Assembly (NCBI GenBank): GCA_013239625.1
Contig: MU053933.1
Span: 3,215,817-3,279,816, forward strand
Origin: Lama guanicoe
Taxonomy: Eukaryota
DNA: 64,000 bases
Reading direction: 5' to 3'
The position numbers and the translations under genes were made by a program. Position 1 is the stretch's first letter; every line of letters starts with the position of its first letter. Below are positions 25,236 through 37,929 of the stretch, piece by piece. The notes beneath the pieces were generated by a model, which worked only from the letters and a program-made list of their open reading frames with translations, did not search any database and was not told the origin of the DNA.

Positions 25236-28200
25236 CATAGTGGACTATTTTAACAACCTTATTCCAGTGATGAAATCTTGAAAGACAGGCTTCACCAAAA
25301 CTGACCCAAGAATAAAGAGAAGTGGAAGTCAAACATCTCAGCAAAGGAAAGTGTAAGCCCAGAGGGTCCCACTGGAAGAGCAGATCAAACGCTTAAGGAA
25401 CAAATAATACTTACTGTCTACAAGTCCTTTCAGAAAAACAAAAAAAAAACCAAGCATGGAATGATTCTCAAATCATTTGATGAAGCCAAAGTAACCCCAA
25501 TACCAAACCCTTACAAAACTAAAGAAATACTACAGGCCAGTACCCTACGTGAGCATAAATGAAAAGCAATGTTAGCAAGTCGAACAGCAATACACAGAGA
25601 ATGATAGTCCGTTATGACCAAGTGAGGTTTACTCCAGGAATACAATTCAAAAACCAATAAATGTAGTTCACCACTTCAACAGGTTAAAGGACAAAATTCA
25701 CAAAATCATCCAGATAAATGCATTAAAAACATGACAAAATTTGAAACCCATTCATCTTAAAAACTGTCAGGACACAGGGCCTAGAAGAGAACTTATTCGA
25801 GTTGTAAACGTATGGATAACGTCATATTTTATAGTAAAATTCTGAATGTTTTCAACCTGAGTTTGAGAGCAAGGCAAGGGTGTTGGCTCTTACCGTTTCT
25901 GTTCCGCATGGAACTGGTGTGCTCAGCTGCGTGCACCGAGAAGAAACAGAAATAAAACCAATAAACCCAGGGAAGGAGGATGTAACCCTGCCTTGTTGGT
26001 GGAGGGTATGATCGTGTGTGTAGAAATGCCTAAGGACCAACAACAAAAAATTACGAGACTTAGTAAGTGAATTAAACAAGCCACAGGGTATAAAGTCAAT
26101 GCACAATAACGAAATGAATTTTTACACGGGCAGCAAACAGCTGGAAAATGAAACCATTTACTGGAAAACATGCCTGCAACAGCATCAGAGCTAAACAGCA
26201 CTTGGGTTACATTTAATGGAAGGTGTAGGACCTACTCACAGAAAACCACAAACATCGCTGAGAAAAATTCAAGAAAACATAAATAAACGAAAAATGCATC
26301 ATGCTCGAGGATTGGACAAGTCAATACTGTTAAGATGCAAATTTCCCTCAAGTTGATATGTAGACTCAGTGGATCTCAACAAAAATGCCAGCAAACTGTT
26401 TTTAAAGTAGAAAGTGACAGGTGACTCTAAAGTGATGAAAGTAAAGTCGTGAAAATACCGAAGGGCCAAAACTTTTGGTGAAAGGAGAACAAAATCAGAG
26501 AGCTTCTGCTGCCTAGCGACCTCAAGACTGAGGGAAGCTCCAGCAATCATGAGAGTGAGGCGCTGCCGCAGAGCAGGCAACAGAGCAGCGGCACCGAGTG
26601 CGCCGGAAGCAGACCCGCACTTACGTGGTCAGTTTGCTTTCAGCCAAGCGTCAGGGCAACTTGATGAGGGAAGACTCTTTAACAAACTGCTTGAATCTGA
26701 ACAGTAACCCGTAAGGAACTGACGTGAATCTTGCTGCTTATCTCGTACCACGCGTAAAAATTAACTCAAGATGCATCGAAAACTCCACCATAGAATCCAA
26801 AATTGTACAGCCTCTAAAGAACATGTAGACTATTCTTGGACTGGCGGGATGCACAGAGACCACCAACCACAAAAGGAGAACGCGGGTGAATTTAACTTCA
26901 GCGAGACTTTAAACTTCTGCTTGTCAAAACCCATAATTACAAACGTCAACAGCATAGAAAGGGGTACAGTGTTTACGGTACATAAACCCGAAGCCCTGCC
27001 AGTCAGTGACAAGAGACAACCCAGTTAAAAGTGGCCAAAGCCTGGAGAGTCGCTTCCGGAGAAAGCGGATACAAAGATGCCACACGAGGGGGCAGCCAAC
27101 GTCACTAGCCGACAGAGGGGTGCCAGTCAAAGCACGGCCAGACACCTCCGCCCGCCGCCTGCAGGGCCGATGGCGCCTGGCGTCAGCGGGGACGTGAGGA
27201 GCTGGCCGGGCGCTGGCCAGTCCTGACACCACGCAGTAAACAAGGGCTGCGATCAGCAGATCCTGTGTCCTTAGGTTCCCTCTGGATGAGGCAGCTTCAC
27301 ACACTCTGTTGTGTTTTTCCCTCCTGTTGTGAGCTTGCAGTTTCAGCCCTAACTGTGGAGTGCTTGGCATGTGGCCTCCAAGCCAGATGTGACCCCGGCG
27401 AGGTTATCGCCAAGCCCAGGGAACATTTTCAAAACATGACCCAGGATCTGGCATCTCTTGAAAACAGCTTAATTTCAGGGGAATCTGCCGGATGGAGGGC
27501 GGACTGGTCCGCCAGGATTTTCATAAGAGGAGATTCGGCCTCTTCCTTTGCTCTGGGCCACAGGCTCTCTCCTGTTCTGCTGGCGTTAACCTCAGGTGGG
27601 TCAGCGCGCCGCATTACGGGGAACCGACCAGTAAGTGGGGCCCCTGAGACTCACGCCTCGGAAGTGGTGAGCCATCGTGCTTCAGGTGAATTAACCCATC
27701 TTTTCAGAGGCCTTCAGTGCGCATGCTTTGTACTGAAGGAAATAGATTCAAGATGCTTTCAAAATCCTCTTGTGTATTACCCTGCTTTTAAGCAGCTATG
27801 AAGCAAACAAGCATTCCTCATGCAGGGACCTAAATCCGTGGGAGACTGCCATTCACCTCAGTGTTGGAGAGACTAGCCAGCTTCCAACAGAAGTTCACCA
27901 CAGCCTAGCCCCGCTCCCCCTTCAGCACTTGCTCGGAGACTTCTGAGGAACATGACTTGGAGACTCTGGAATGAACCTACAGAGTAAGCCAGGAACTGGG
28001 GAGCTGGCTTGCTTTCCTCCATAAATCTCCTCTACTCTCAGAAAAATAAGGAAGATGGAAGCCAAAAACAGCAAGTCCATCCACCTGGTGGAGCAGAGAG
28101 GAGCCGGGCATGTCTCCCAGCCAGAGGTGCCCTCGGGTCTGCAGATCCTCCTGCAGACAAAGGAAGAGCAAACCTCTCTCCTCCCATTGCAGCCCCTCCT

Positions 28201-28359
28201 CCTCCTCCTGACGGTGGCACCTGGGGCCTGAGCTAGTTGTTTCCAGTCCCACAGCCCCAGCCTCATCACCTGTCCGGCAGGCGTGTCCAGAGCCCTGGCC
28301 ACGCGTCTACCCAGGGCCCCAGACAGCGCCAGGTGCCCTGCAAGGAAGACTGTGATGTC

Positions 28360-28460
28360 TTCAGTTTACAGATGAGGGGAGTAAGGTTCAGACATTGCCA
28401 GTTTGCCTAAGGCCACGACTGCCAGTGGTGCTTTGGGTGCAGCCCAGCTCTGCCCAGCTC
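28360..28460 (-). mobile_element. MIR fragment
   Basis: tttacagatgaggggagtaaggttcagac...tttgcctaaggccac. Confidence 0.65.
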
Positions 28461-28619
28461 CATGTTCTGTCCTCTTTCAGACGAGCACACCCAGCTCTGT
28501 GAGGCTGCCTTGTCACCAAGGAAAACCGGAAGATAGGGTCGCTGCGAAGGCGCAGATGGACCCGTCTTTAGGGGCGGCTTTTGTCTGGTGCAGTTTATGC
28601 AAACTGAACCCCACAGTGT

Positions 28620-28840
28620 TTTTTTATTTTTAAGTTTTTCATTGAAGTGTAGTTGATTTACAGTGTTAGTTTCAGGTGCACAGCCCAGCGATTCGGCTAC
28701 ACGTATGCATGCACATATCGTTTCTTTTCAGAGTCTTCCCCATTCCATGTTATCACAATAAACTGAATGTAGTTCCCTGTGCTCCACAGTAGGTCCTTGC
28801 TGTTTATCTCTTTTACGTTTGTGCACTTACATATTTACAT
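28620..28840 (-). mobile_element. Cetartiodactyl-type L1 3' end (antisense)
   Basis: ttgaagtgtagttgatttacagtgttagtttcaggtgcacagc...gttccctgtgctccacagtaggtccttg. Confidence 0.8.
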
Positions 28841-29049
28841 GTGTGGGTCTGTTAGTCCCGCTGAGCCCCGCCGTGTCTCTAAGGAAATATACCAGCTTGG
28901 TCCTAAGGGAACAGAGTGGGACAAAGTGCGAAGAAGTCTCAGGGCTCCTGACCGTCCGCAGAAAGGCGGCCAGCCAAGGACGCTCAGCTGCGGGTACTGG
29001 TGGCGACTTGTGGACGACGAGGACACCTGAGGGGTCAGCAAGTGCCTGG

Positions 29050-29945
29050 AGACCAGCGCTGAGAGAGTGTGAGTGTCTCACAAGACGCGGGTGGGTCAGC
29101 GCGCTGGGGCAGGTGCCCCGCCAGCCTTGAGACTGTGGTGGGCCTCCCACACGCTTCCTGTTTGAGTGGGGTGTTCGCGGAGACCCCTGCCCACCGTGGC
29201 ATGTTGAGTGTGGCAGGGCACGGGGACAACTCGTCTCTCTTCGTAATTCTTCAAGACAAGAGGAACTCTCACAGGGGACCAAACCTGAGGAGCCTTTTCC
29301 ACACCCGGACTTGATTAGGGAAGAGACCCTTGACTGTGAGCATGAGCCTGAAGCCATGATGGAATGAGGCTGTTTGGGGACGTTTGGGGAGGAAATGAGT
29401 CTGTTTTGCTTCAGGAGGAACGTGAATGACGTTTGTCCAGGGAGAGACTGTGGCAGTGTTGAGACATGGATGCAAATTCTTTGACTCTTCTCCCCTCAAA
29501 GGTGGCCATCCATGGCCCTTTCTTGAATCTGAGTGAGCTTGTAACACCTTCCACTAACTGAGCACAGCGGGAGTGACCTCCAAGCCTGGACCTCCATAAC
29601 AGGTGATGCGGCTTCTGCCTTGGAGTGCGGGCTTGCTCTGGGAGCTCCCTGCCGCCACGTGAGAGTCCTGTCTTGAAGCTGCCATCTTGTAAGGAAGTCC
29701 AAACCAACATTTCCAGTTGGCCCATCTTTTGGGTCCCCCCAGCCCAGACACCAGGCACGTGAGCGAAGAAGGTTTCAGTTGACTTCTGCCCTCAGTGGAG
29801 ACCCCAGGCATCACGCGCAGAAACAAGCCCTTCCTGCCGTGCTTCTGTCTGAACTCCTGACCCGCGGAATCTGGGAGCGTAGCACAGCAGTTGTTGACAC
29901 CAGCGCGTCTCGTGATTTGTCAAGCAGCAAAAGGAAACCAGAACA
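29050..29945 (+). mobile_element. MaLR element: MLT1 internal 3' remnant + polypurine tract + MLT1F/G-like LTR (29449-29945)
   Basis: Purine tract agggagagac directly before TGTGGCAG; caaattctttgactcttctccc, cttgaatctgagtgagcttgt; ends ...cagcaaaaggaaaccagaaca. Confidence 0.7.
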
Positions 29946-29983
29946 AAACTTGAGAAGCCTTTCCGTCTAAAAGGTCCTCACTA

Positions 29984-30158
29984 TATATAAAAATAGATTA
30001 AAAAAAAACAAATTTCTTTTGTGTATTCAATATCTTGTAATAACCTTTAATGAAAAAGAATATGAAAATGAATGTACGTATGTACGTGCATGACTGGAAC
30101 GCTGTGCTGTACCCCAGAGACTGGCACGTTGTAACTGACTGTACTTTAATAAAAAAAC
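29984..30158 (+). mobile_element. Very short young L1 3' end with perfect 14-bp TSD
   Basis: Homologous to the tail of the 9746-10414 element; AAAGGTCCTCACTA at 29970-29983 and 30159-30172. Confidence 0.9.
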
Positions 30159-31183
30159 AAAGGTCCTCACTAAAAGAAAGATTAAAGGATATACTTCAAC
30201 AAAAAGAAAATGAATTTGAAGAGATGGCATGGGTTATAAGAAAAATGGTTAATTTGTGGCATCTATAATAAATTACGGTTTGAAAAGTTTAGTCTTTTAG
30301 AAAGATGAGACTTAAGCAGGCAGTAACAGCAAGACAGGGCAGAGTTCAGTGCACAGTGAAGCCTGTGGAGCTCTCATGCTCTGGAGAAGGACAGAAACGT
30401 TCAATGGCCTCAGACTTTCGTAGAAATTTTCCAGTGTATAACGTACAATAAAAATTTAAGGTGAAAATTTATATATTTAGATATGTGTATCTGTTAGTCC
30501 AATTGGACCCCACCCTGTTTGAAAGAGCAGAAATATCTTCCAAACTAGTAGAGAAAGAGGGAAATACAGATCCATCAGAAGCCAGGAAGGAAGGAGAAAG
30601 CAGAGGAAAAAACCCTAGCAAGTAGAAAATCCAAAATGAAAAAAATTTACATATGTCAGTAATTACAATAACTGTGAATGGGTTAAACTCGTGTTTTAAG
30701 GGATAAAGAGCAATAGACCATGAAAGCGAAATAACACTCAGCTGACGCTACCTTCACGAGACACAGCTAAATAGACCACGCTGACAGGCTGAGGCTGGAG
30801 AGCCGGAGCACACAGACCTGTGCACACCAACTAAACAAGAGCGTGCTCTGCGTTGATTTCAGACAAACAGTATTTTAAAAAACACTACCTGGGGTGGAGG
30901 AGGACAAAGCAAAGCCACCTCCCCTGGCCCGGGAGGCGCGGCCCTCGGCTTGGAGCGGCCACTGGCAAACGGGGGCGGGGCCTCCTGCGGCCTCCGGGAA
31001 GCACCGCCTCTGGGCGGGCAGTCCCACCTTGCTCCCGCCTGCGGAGGGAGTTTTCTAGTTTCATTCTTCAGTTTGATATTAATTGTGAACTTCTGATAAA
31101 TATTTTCTCTCGGGCTAGGAACACTTGTGTCTGTTCTCTTTGCTGGTATTTCATGTTCTGAGTGAGTGTTAAGGTTTACCAAG

Positions 31184-31328
31184 TGCTGCTTCTGCACGGC
31201 CGTCACGGCCGTGGGCCCTCTCTCATCGGGTCCTGCTGCTTCTGCACGGCCGTGGACCCTCTCTCATCGGGTCCTGCTGCTTCTGCACGGCTGTCACGGC
31301 CGTGGGCCCTCTCTCATCGGGTCCTGCT
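31184..31328. repeat. Minisatellite, 3 units (50/41/50 bp)
   Basis: Unit tgctgcttctgcacggc[cgtcacggc]cgtgggccctctctcatcgggtcc; the middle unit lacks the 9-bp internal repeat. Confidence 0.95.
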
Positions 31329-34189
31329 CTCTGGGCTGTCAGGATGCTCTGTAGCTTTGAGCAGGATCATTATTTCTTCTTTAAAGGTCCAGTGCCTTTT
31401 GGAGCCGGGGACAAGCACACAAAGGTTTCATTGTGTCCCAGTGTTTTATTTCTTAAAGTAAATATGATGAAATGCCAGCTTACAGCAAATCTAATTGGCG
31501 CTGATAACATGATTTCTGTATTTTTTTTGTTTAACATATTCTGCCATTTTTAAAATGCAACGACTGATTAGCAGTTTGGATTTTACAGAAAACTAGATCG
31601 TTTCAAAGAAAAGCTCCGGAAAATTTCCTAAAATACAGAAGACAATTTAAAGTGGAAAAACATGAGAGCAAAAGTAAGACGTACGGAGAACAGACCTGAC
31701 GCATCTCGTGTGGGAGAGCCTTACCTCACACCAGATGTGAAAGCACACACTCACAGACAGCTGACAGAAGCTGGCTGTAACTGACAGAGAGTAAATACAA
31801 AGTAGAAACTCAGGAACCTGGAAGACACAACATAAAGAAACAGAGGTGAGAAGTGATGAGTCGGGTTTAATTAATTGCTGTTTACCTGGTTATAAAATTT
31901 AATTCAAATAAATTTTTAAAGAAATTGTACGTTTAAACTTTAAATTTATTATAAACACTAGTAAGAATAATTTACATATAAAATCTCAGATCATTTCAAC
32001 AAGAACTAGGAGGTACGGGGTGCAAAGCACACTACGTTTCTTGCCTTCCACGTCGGAGTTCACGGCGTCCGTGTGCCACTTGCTTTGCCCTCTCAGCAGC
32101 CTTAGGCCTTCTCCTGCCATCGTCGGAAACTGTGCGCGGCCCCTACTGTGAAGCAGCGGCGCTCGTGTCTGATCCGTGGGGCCTGAGGCTGAGCACCCCC
32201 CAGTGGGGGCTGTTCTGTTTCCCCCATGTGTCCGTCTAGCGAGTCCTACACATCGTGGGGGCACCAATTGTTTGGCGACTCCAGGGAGACGAGGTTTGAC
32301 TGTGTGCAGAGTGCCCAGAGGAGAGTGGCCACAGGAAAGGGAGCTTATTTAGGTGGAGGAGAAGTCCCGCCTCTCAGAGGGAGCACATGGGGTAGAGGGG
32401 GTGCAGCTTTGCAGGAAAGGCAGGCAGGCTGGACCCCGTGGCCCAGGAGGACGTGACTCCTGGTCTGAGGTCCTTGGCCACCAAAGCTGCTGTCTGAGGT
32501 CCTGAGGTCCAGAGAAAGGAGAGCCAAGTAGGGGGTGGGGGGGTGGCTTCAGTCTGGGAGGGGACTTGTGGTCCACACCCTCTAACGTGGAGCTGCTGGA
32601 ACCATGCGCCCTCTTCCCTCCTGCTCAGAACTGTTTCCAAGTATCTGACCTGGGCAGGCAGACCTGCCGGCACGTCCCAGCTCCAGGGTGCGCCTTCAGT
32701 GTCCCCTGCCACGCCCCCCTCGCTGCCACCCCCTGACTGCCACCCCCACACGCCACATCCCGAGGCTGAATCATTGCCCTTGAGAGTAAAGGGTCTGGGG
32801 GACCGGGTCCCCACGGGGACGGCAGAAACACCCATCTCCAAAGCAGAGGGCTATGCTCCACCCAACAGATCTGCCAGGGGAGCGCCTCTGCCCACGGCCC
32901 TTCTGCCCAAGGAAAAGGGCGGTCCCCACTCCCTTTCCCAAGCGAGCGTGGACCCAGCCTCCACCCACGGAGATGTGGACGCTTCAGCCTCTGAGCACTC
33001 GCCCCATCACAGGTCCCAGCCTGGGTTGGGGAGAGTGTGGGACGGGAAACCTGTGCTTGCGTCCGCGGAGCAGATAAGAGAGTGGAGCTGTGCACACCTG
33101 AAGGCCGAGTCCCCTCTTCTGGGTGTTGCCACGGCCGGCTCTGCTCTCTCCTGGTGGAAAACTGGTGGTCACACTGGGGCCCAGCAAGCCAGGTCACATC
33201 CCTGAATGAGGACAGGACAGGGGTCCCACCTCCAGCTGAGAAGGGACAGCCGTCCACACGCCCTCTCCTGAAGGGCTCTCTCGGAGAGCTCTTGCTTTGT
33301 GGGAGCTGTCTCCGGTGGAGATGCGCCACTCTCAAGGCCAGGCTGGGGCTCCTGCTGCAGGAGCATGCGTCCCTTCGGGAGGGAGAAGGGCTGCCCCTTG
33401 TGCGGGAGCCAAGGGGCACAGGAGCAGTGTCCTGCTGTCATGAGGACGCAGAGCCCAGCCTGGGCCCCATGCCTCTTCTTACCCCACATCCTCGCCACTG
33501 AAACTGGTTGAATGCCACAGTGAGTGCCGCTGCCCTGCACCAGGCTGGGTGACGCAGGGGAAGTCTGGTGCCTGTGGCGGGGGTGGCAGCCCTGTGGGTG
33601 GGGACTGGAGGGCACAGGGGAGAGCCGCCACGCGCCCACGCCAGGCCCGGGCAGCCTGCTGCCGCACGCTCCCAACAGGAACGTGGACTGCACGGTTCGA
33701 CTGAGCCGCGAGGACCCGGGACGGGGTGGCAGAGGGAAGCACATTCACGGGAAGTCTACAGGGTGATGGACCACAACGCAGAGACCCCATCTCCCAGATG
33801 TCACGTTGACAGGAGAAGCCAGACAACACGGCAGTTCCCTTAGAAACCAGGACTGTGGTCACCCTGGGGCAGGCCTGGCCACCTGGGGTGGGGGTGACCC
33901 TCTGGGGCGGGGGTGGCTAGGGGGCTGGGGTGCCCCCTGGGGCGGGGGTGGCTGGAGGGGCCCCAGTGCTTTGTTCTCCATCAGGTCCGTCGTGCGCCGT
34001 CCGGCTCTCTGTCCAGACGATGTGTGCATTTTCTGTGCTGTGACACTTCAGTAGAGCAGTGTGCAAGCAGACACCAGGCCACTCTCGCACTCGGCAGTGG
34101 CAGCAGATACAGCTGGCCGTCCCCAGCAGCCTGCTCACTGCCCAGTCCCACGGGTCTAAGGGCTGTCTCAGCTGAGATGACCCATGCAT

Positions 34190-34290
34190 CCCCCCAAGGA
34201 GGCCGCAGCTATCTTGATCCCTCTTTCAGGGAGAGGAAACTGAGGCACGTGGAGGTGGAGCTGCTGGCCGGGCAGGACCCCATCAAGCCA
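34190..34290 (-). mobile_element. MIR fragment
   Basis: tttcagggagaggaaactgaggcacgtggagg. Confidence 0.65.
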
Positions 34291-35738
34291 CATGGTTCCC
34301 TGCACTGCTGAGACGGGCGAGGGGGTCACGGTGGGGGCAGGGCCTGGTGGAGCGTCCTGTGCAGGGACCGTGGCGAGAAGATGCCCTGGGGCTCAGGCAG
34401 AAGTGGCTGCGGGCCAGGCGCCATGCCACACATTCGGCCGTGTGGAGCAGAAGCAGAGCGGGTGCGGACACACTCTCCGTGTCCTGTCGCCTCCTCTTTG
34501 GTGTGCAGGTCCTGCCACCCTGTGCAGGGCGGGCTGTCTGGGCTCTGTATTAGTCAGAGGGGCTGGGAAGCAAATAGGCCCCAAACATCAGAAGCTGAAA
34601 CAGAGGCTTCATGTCATCTCATTTGTTCACCAACACGCCTGGGGCGCCCATGGCCTCCAGCGCAGCGGGCAAGACCCGCTGGTCACACGCCCAGTCGCCC
34701 CGGCTCCTGTGTCAGAGGACACCTGGTGACAGCACCAGGACAGCCAGGGGCAGGACAGCATGGGGCGGGCCCGCCCGTCAGAGTTGCTGCACCTGCCCCT
34801 TGCTGCCGGTCAGGGGCCGGGGGTACCTGGTCCAGGCACTTGGGCCCACGAGGGCGCCTGTGCTGTGGGTGTGGAGGGGGTGGGAAATGCCCGGCCGCCC
34901 GTCTCCACGAGGCCCTGCTGTGGGAGGGACCCCCGGGTCTGGGATCTGGGTCCCAGTGCTCACCCCCACCCCACCCCCACTCTTGCTCACCCTAGGGACA
35001 AGAGGACCCCCCCGGGGGGTCGAGGCCTCTCCCCGCGTTGCTGGCTCAGACCCAAGGGCAGTTGTGAATCATTCCTTCCCTGTAACATCAGGAGGCTCCA
35101 AACAAACCCACTGAGGAGAAGAAATCTGCAGGAGTTCTGAAGCAGAAGAGAGGAAATGGGGCGAGTTGGGGGTCCGCCAAGTCCTGCCTGGGATGCACCC
35201 AGGGGACGAGGAGATGGGGAGCAGCCAGGCGGGGGTGCGGAGCTCTGTCCTGAGACTCAGCTGGGGCTGAGGGGGGTGCACCTTGGCCAGCTGCCTTCCC
35301 ACCGCACGGCCACCATCCAGGGTCCAGGCCCTGCGTCGCCCGTCAGGGACCTTCAGGGAGAGAGGAGGGGGGCTCACAGCAGGAGCTGGGCCTGCGCCGC
35401 TCCCACGCCTGCCCCCAGGTTTCAGCTGGAGCTTCCTGCCCTGGGCCTCGCAGCCTCGGGGGCGGGCTCGTCCAGATGGAGTGTCTGGCGATGAGGACCT
35501 CCTGCCTTATGGAAGCCGCCGCAGTCAAACTCGGAGGTGCAGACACAGATTGTCCTGACTTGGGCTCCGGGAAGGGGTCACCCCGTAGCTCCGGCCACAG
35601 CTGGCGGGCTCAGATCCCGGGTCTGCTGGGGACCACGGCTTTCAGCAGAGGGGGGGGCCTCCGTCAGGACGGCCCAGCGCACGTTCCTGGAGCAAAACTT
35701 CTCCCCTGTGGGCCCTGATTTGAGTCTGCACATCTGCT

Positions 35739-35856
35739 GGGTCCACACAGAGTTAACGGGCTGGTACCCGGTCCCATCAGCCCTCCCCTGGCCAGGTGAG
35801 GGGGGTCCACGCAGAGTTAACGGGCTGGTACCCGGTCCCATCAGCCCTCCCCTGGC
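35739..35856. repeat. Tandem duplication, ~2 x 64 bp
   Basis: gggtccac(a/g)cagagttaacgggctggtacccggtcccatcagccctcccctggc repeated at 64-bp period. Confidence 0.95.
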
Positions 35857-37929
35857 AGAATGAGGACGCCCTTCCAGGGGAAGTTGCGATTTCCCCAAAC
35901 CACACAGCAATTTGGCACCCTGGGGATGCCTCGAGATCCTGTCTGGAGCCCAGGACCAGGGCAGCCCAGAGGAGAGGCCGGAAGGCTGGGCGGAGTCAGG
36001 GGACAGTGAGGATCTGCCCTGGGCAATGCATAAGCCTCGAGGCCCACTAGGCAGGTCATTTCTACACCTCAGTGACACCGGAAGGGGTCACCTGGCTTGG
36101 TGGCCATGGGAGTAATAGTAACAACACAGACAGCGGGGTGGGAGCCATGGGAAGGCCTCTGAGTGCCAGGACCACGGTGGGGTGGGGCACACTGTCATGG
36201 TCCCTCCCAGAACAGAAACCAAGGCAAAGAGGCCGGCACACGTCAGGTGAGCAGTCCTGCTGGGGGGTCCTCCCCTTGCCCCTCACTGGTGTCCGCCAGG
36301 ACCAGTGCTGGGGGCCGTGGACGTCAGGGGAGGGGGCCGGGCCGTCGGACCCGGAATCCTTCTGCCACCCACAGCGTGATCCACAGGCACCTCCGAGGAC
36401 TGAGAGTCACCATCAGGTCACCAACATACATGTGTTGATTGTATTGTGAGGCAAGGCAAGGGTTCCATGGTTCATTGTGGACCCAGACAACCACAGCCGG
36501 GACCCGCCTGTCTGCGCTCACACTGGGACCCTGAGCAGCCGAACAGGTCTTCCCGCAGGACCGGCACCCCCTGGCCCTCCATCTGTCTGCCTCAGTGGTT
36601 CTCTGAATCCAGCCTCTGTCTTACAGGCACACATGCACACACGCACACGCCATGAGCGACATGCTGAGACCTCCCCGACCTCGCACTGGCCGTGCCCCCA
36701 CCTCCCCGCTGAGCCGAGCATGAGGGGCCTGGTGGGGCTGGCGAGTCCGCCTGGGGGGCAACACAGAGCCCTTGGGGCAGAACCCTGTCACTGGGCGTCC
36801 GGGCGGGGCCGCCCCCGGCAGCGGCTGCCAGGAGCTCAGGGTCCGGCCGGTGAGCCGTGAGTCTCTCAAGGCCCTCCTCGCGCACGTGGGCACAGACAAC
36901 ACATCTGGGCCCTGTCCTGTGACTAATGTTGCTCTTTTTTCTGTTTTGATAACATTTTAATCCTCCCAGCTTGTGAAAAATGAAGAAATGAAGTGCTTTA
37001 CCCTCACACTAGAGAATTCTGGAGCGTAAAGCGGGCTCCTTCCCGTCCACGCACAGCGCAGAGGCAGAGCCCTGGGCACCCGGAGACCCACCAACCCGCT
37101 GCAGTCCCAAGGCCACCGTCCCTCCTGGCTGATCCCCCAGGGCTGTCAGCCCTGCCTCCCTGGGGCCGGCCCCTCCCTCGGGGCCCCACTTCCCTCGCAC
37201 GTCTGTCCTCTGTTTGCAGACTGAGGTCCGTCAGGGTGGGGGGGGGGCACCTTCTTCCAGCTGTGGTTCTTGTCCTGGGACAGTGCACTCTGTACTTCTT
37301 CATTTTTATTTTTTTAAACAGCAACACATATTTATTGAAACAAAAGGGGTGTATATTATATTGATACCTGAGGGGAAAAGCAAGTTACAAACAGGCACCT
37401 GCAGGGGACCCCGCTTTTAGAAACACTGTGTAGACATCTGGGTGTACGTGCGGATAGAAAACATTGTGGCTGGTTATGCACAGAAGTGTCACACGTGGCT
37501 GTGCTGGGCACTGCGTGGTCTTACGGGTGATTTATGGGTTGGTGGATGACCTTTTTAGAGTCACAAATGAACTTCATTTAGTTTATAAGCTCCATTACAC
37601 ACACTAACTTAAGCTTAGAGAAAATTAAAGAAAACATTTGGAAATTGATCTGAAAGCACATAGTAACTGGGAAAGAAATAAAGATGTCCCAAAAGAAACC
37701 GTGACACTAGTTAATTCTGGAAATGCGATTTTCCATAATGTAAGTTGTATTTATGATTCATGAGTTGTTCCACAATTTTCTGCTGTGCTTTGCTACCATA
37801 CGTGCAGCAAACAGAGAAGGTCCTGTCCACAGCTACGTGCACACAAGAACTCTGTAGACTTTTCCACATTTTCTGAGGACTTGTGCAAATTTTTCCTCTT
37901 TTCTCTCTTTTTTTAAAGCCAGGAATACA

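Larger units (their letters stand above)
21250..27290 (+). mobile_element. Long degraded old L1 (ORF1 to ORF2 relic) interrupted by nested insertions
   Basis: ORF1-like remnants (ORF 21881: RRQWGNMFKVLREKKIFNLEF); EN-region motifs (gaaagctggagtagc, ttggagatttaac); RT-region motifs (agagcaaggcaagggtg, gggtataaagtcaat, aaaattaactcaagatg). May extend 5' to ~20600. Confidence 0.7.

Noticed and set aside
31184..31328. CRISPR-like repeat array
   Set aside because: Eukaryotic DNA; units are directly tandem without unique spacers and there are no cas genes.
32374..37364. Dense set of 100-260 aa ORFs in the GC-rich block (also 1.5-6 kb, 52-55 kb, 58-60 kb)
   Set aside because: No codon bias, collagen Gly-X-Y, VWA or other recognisable motif; present in all six frames.
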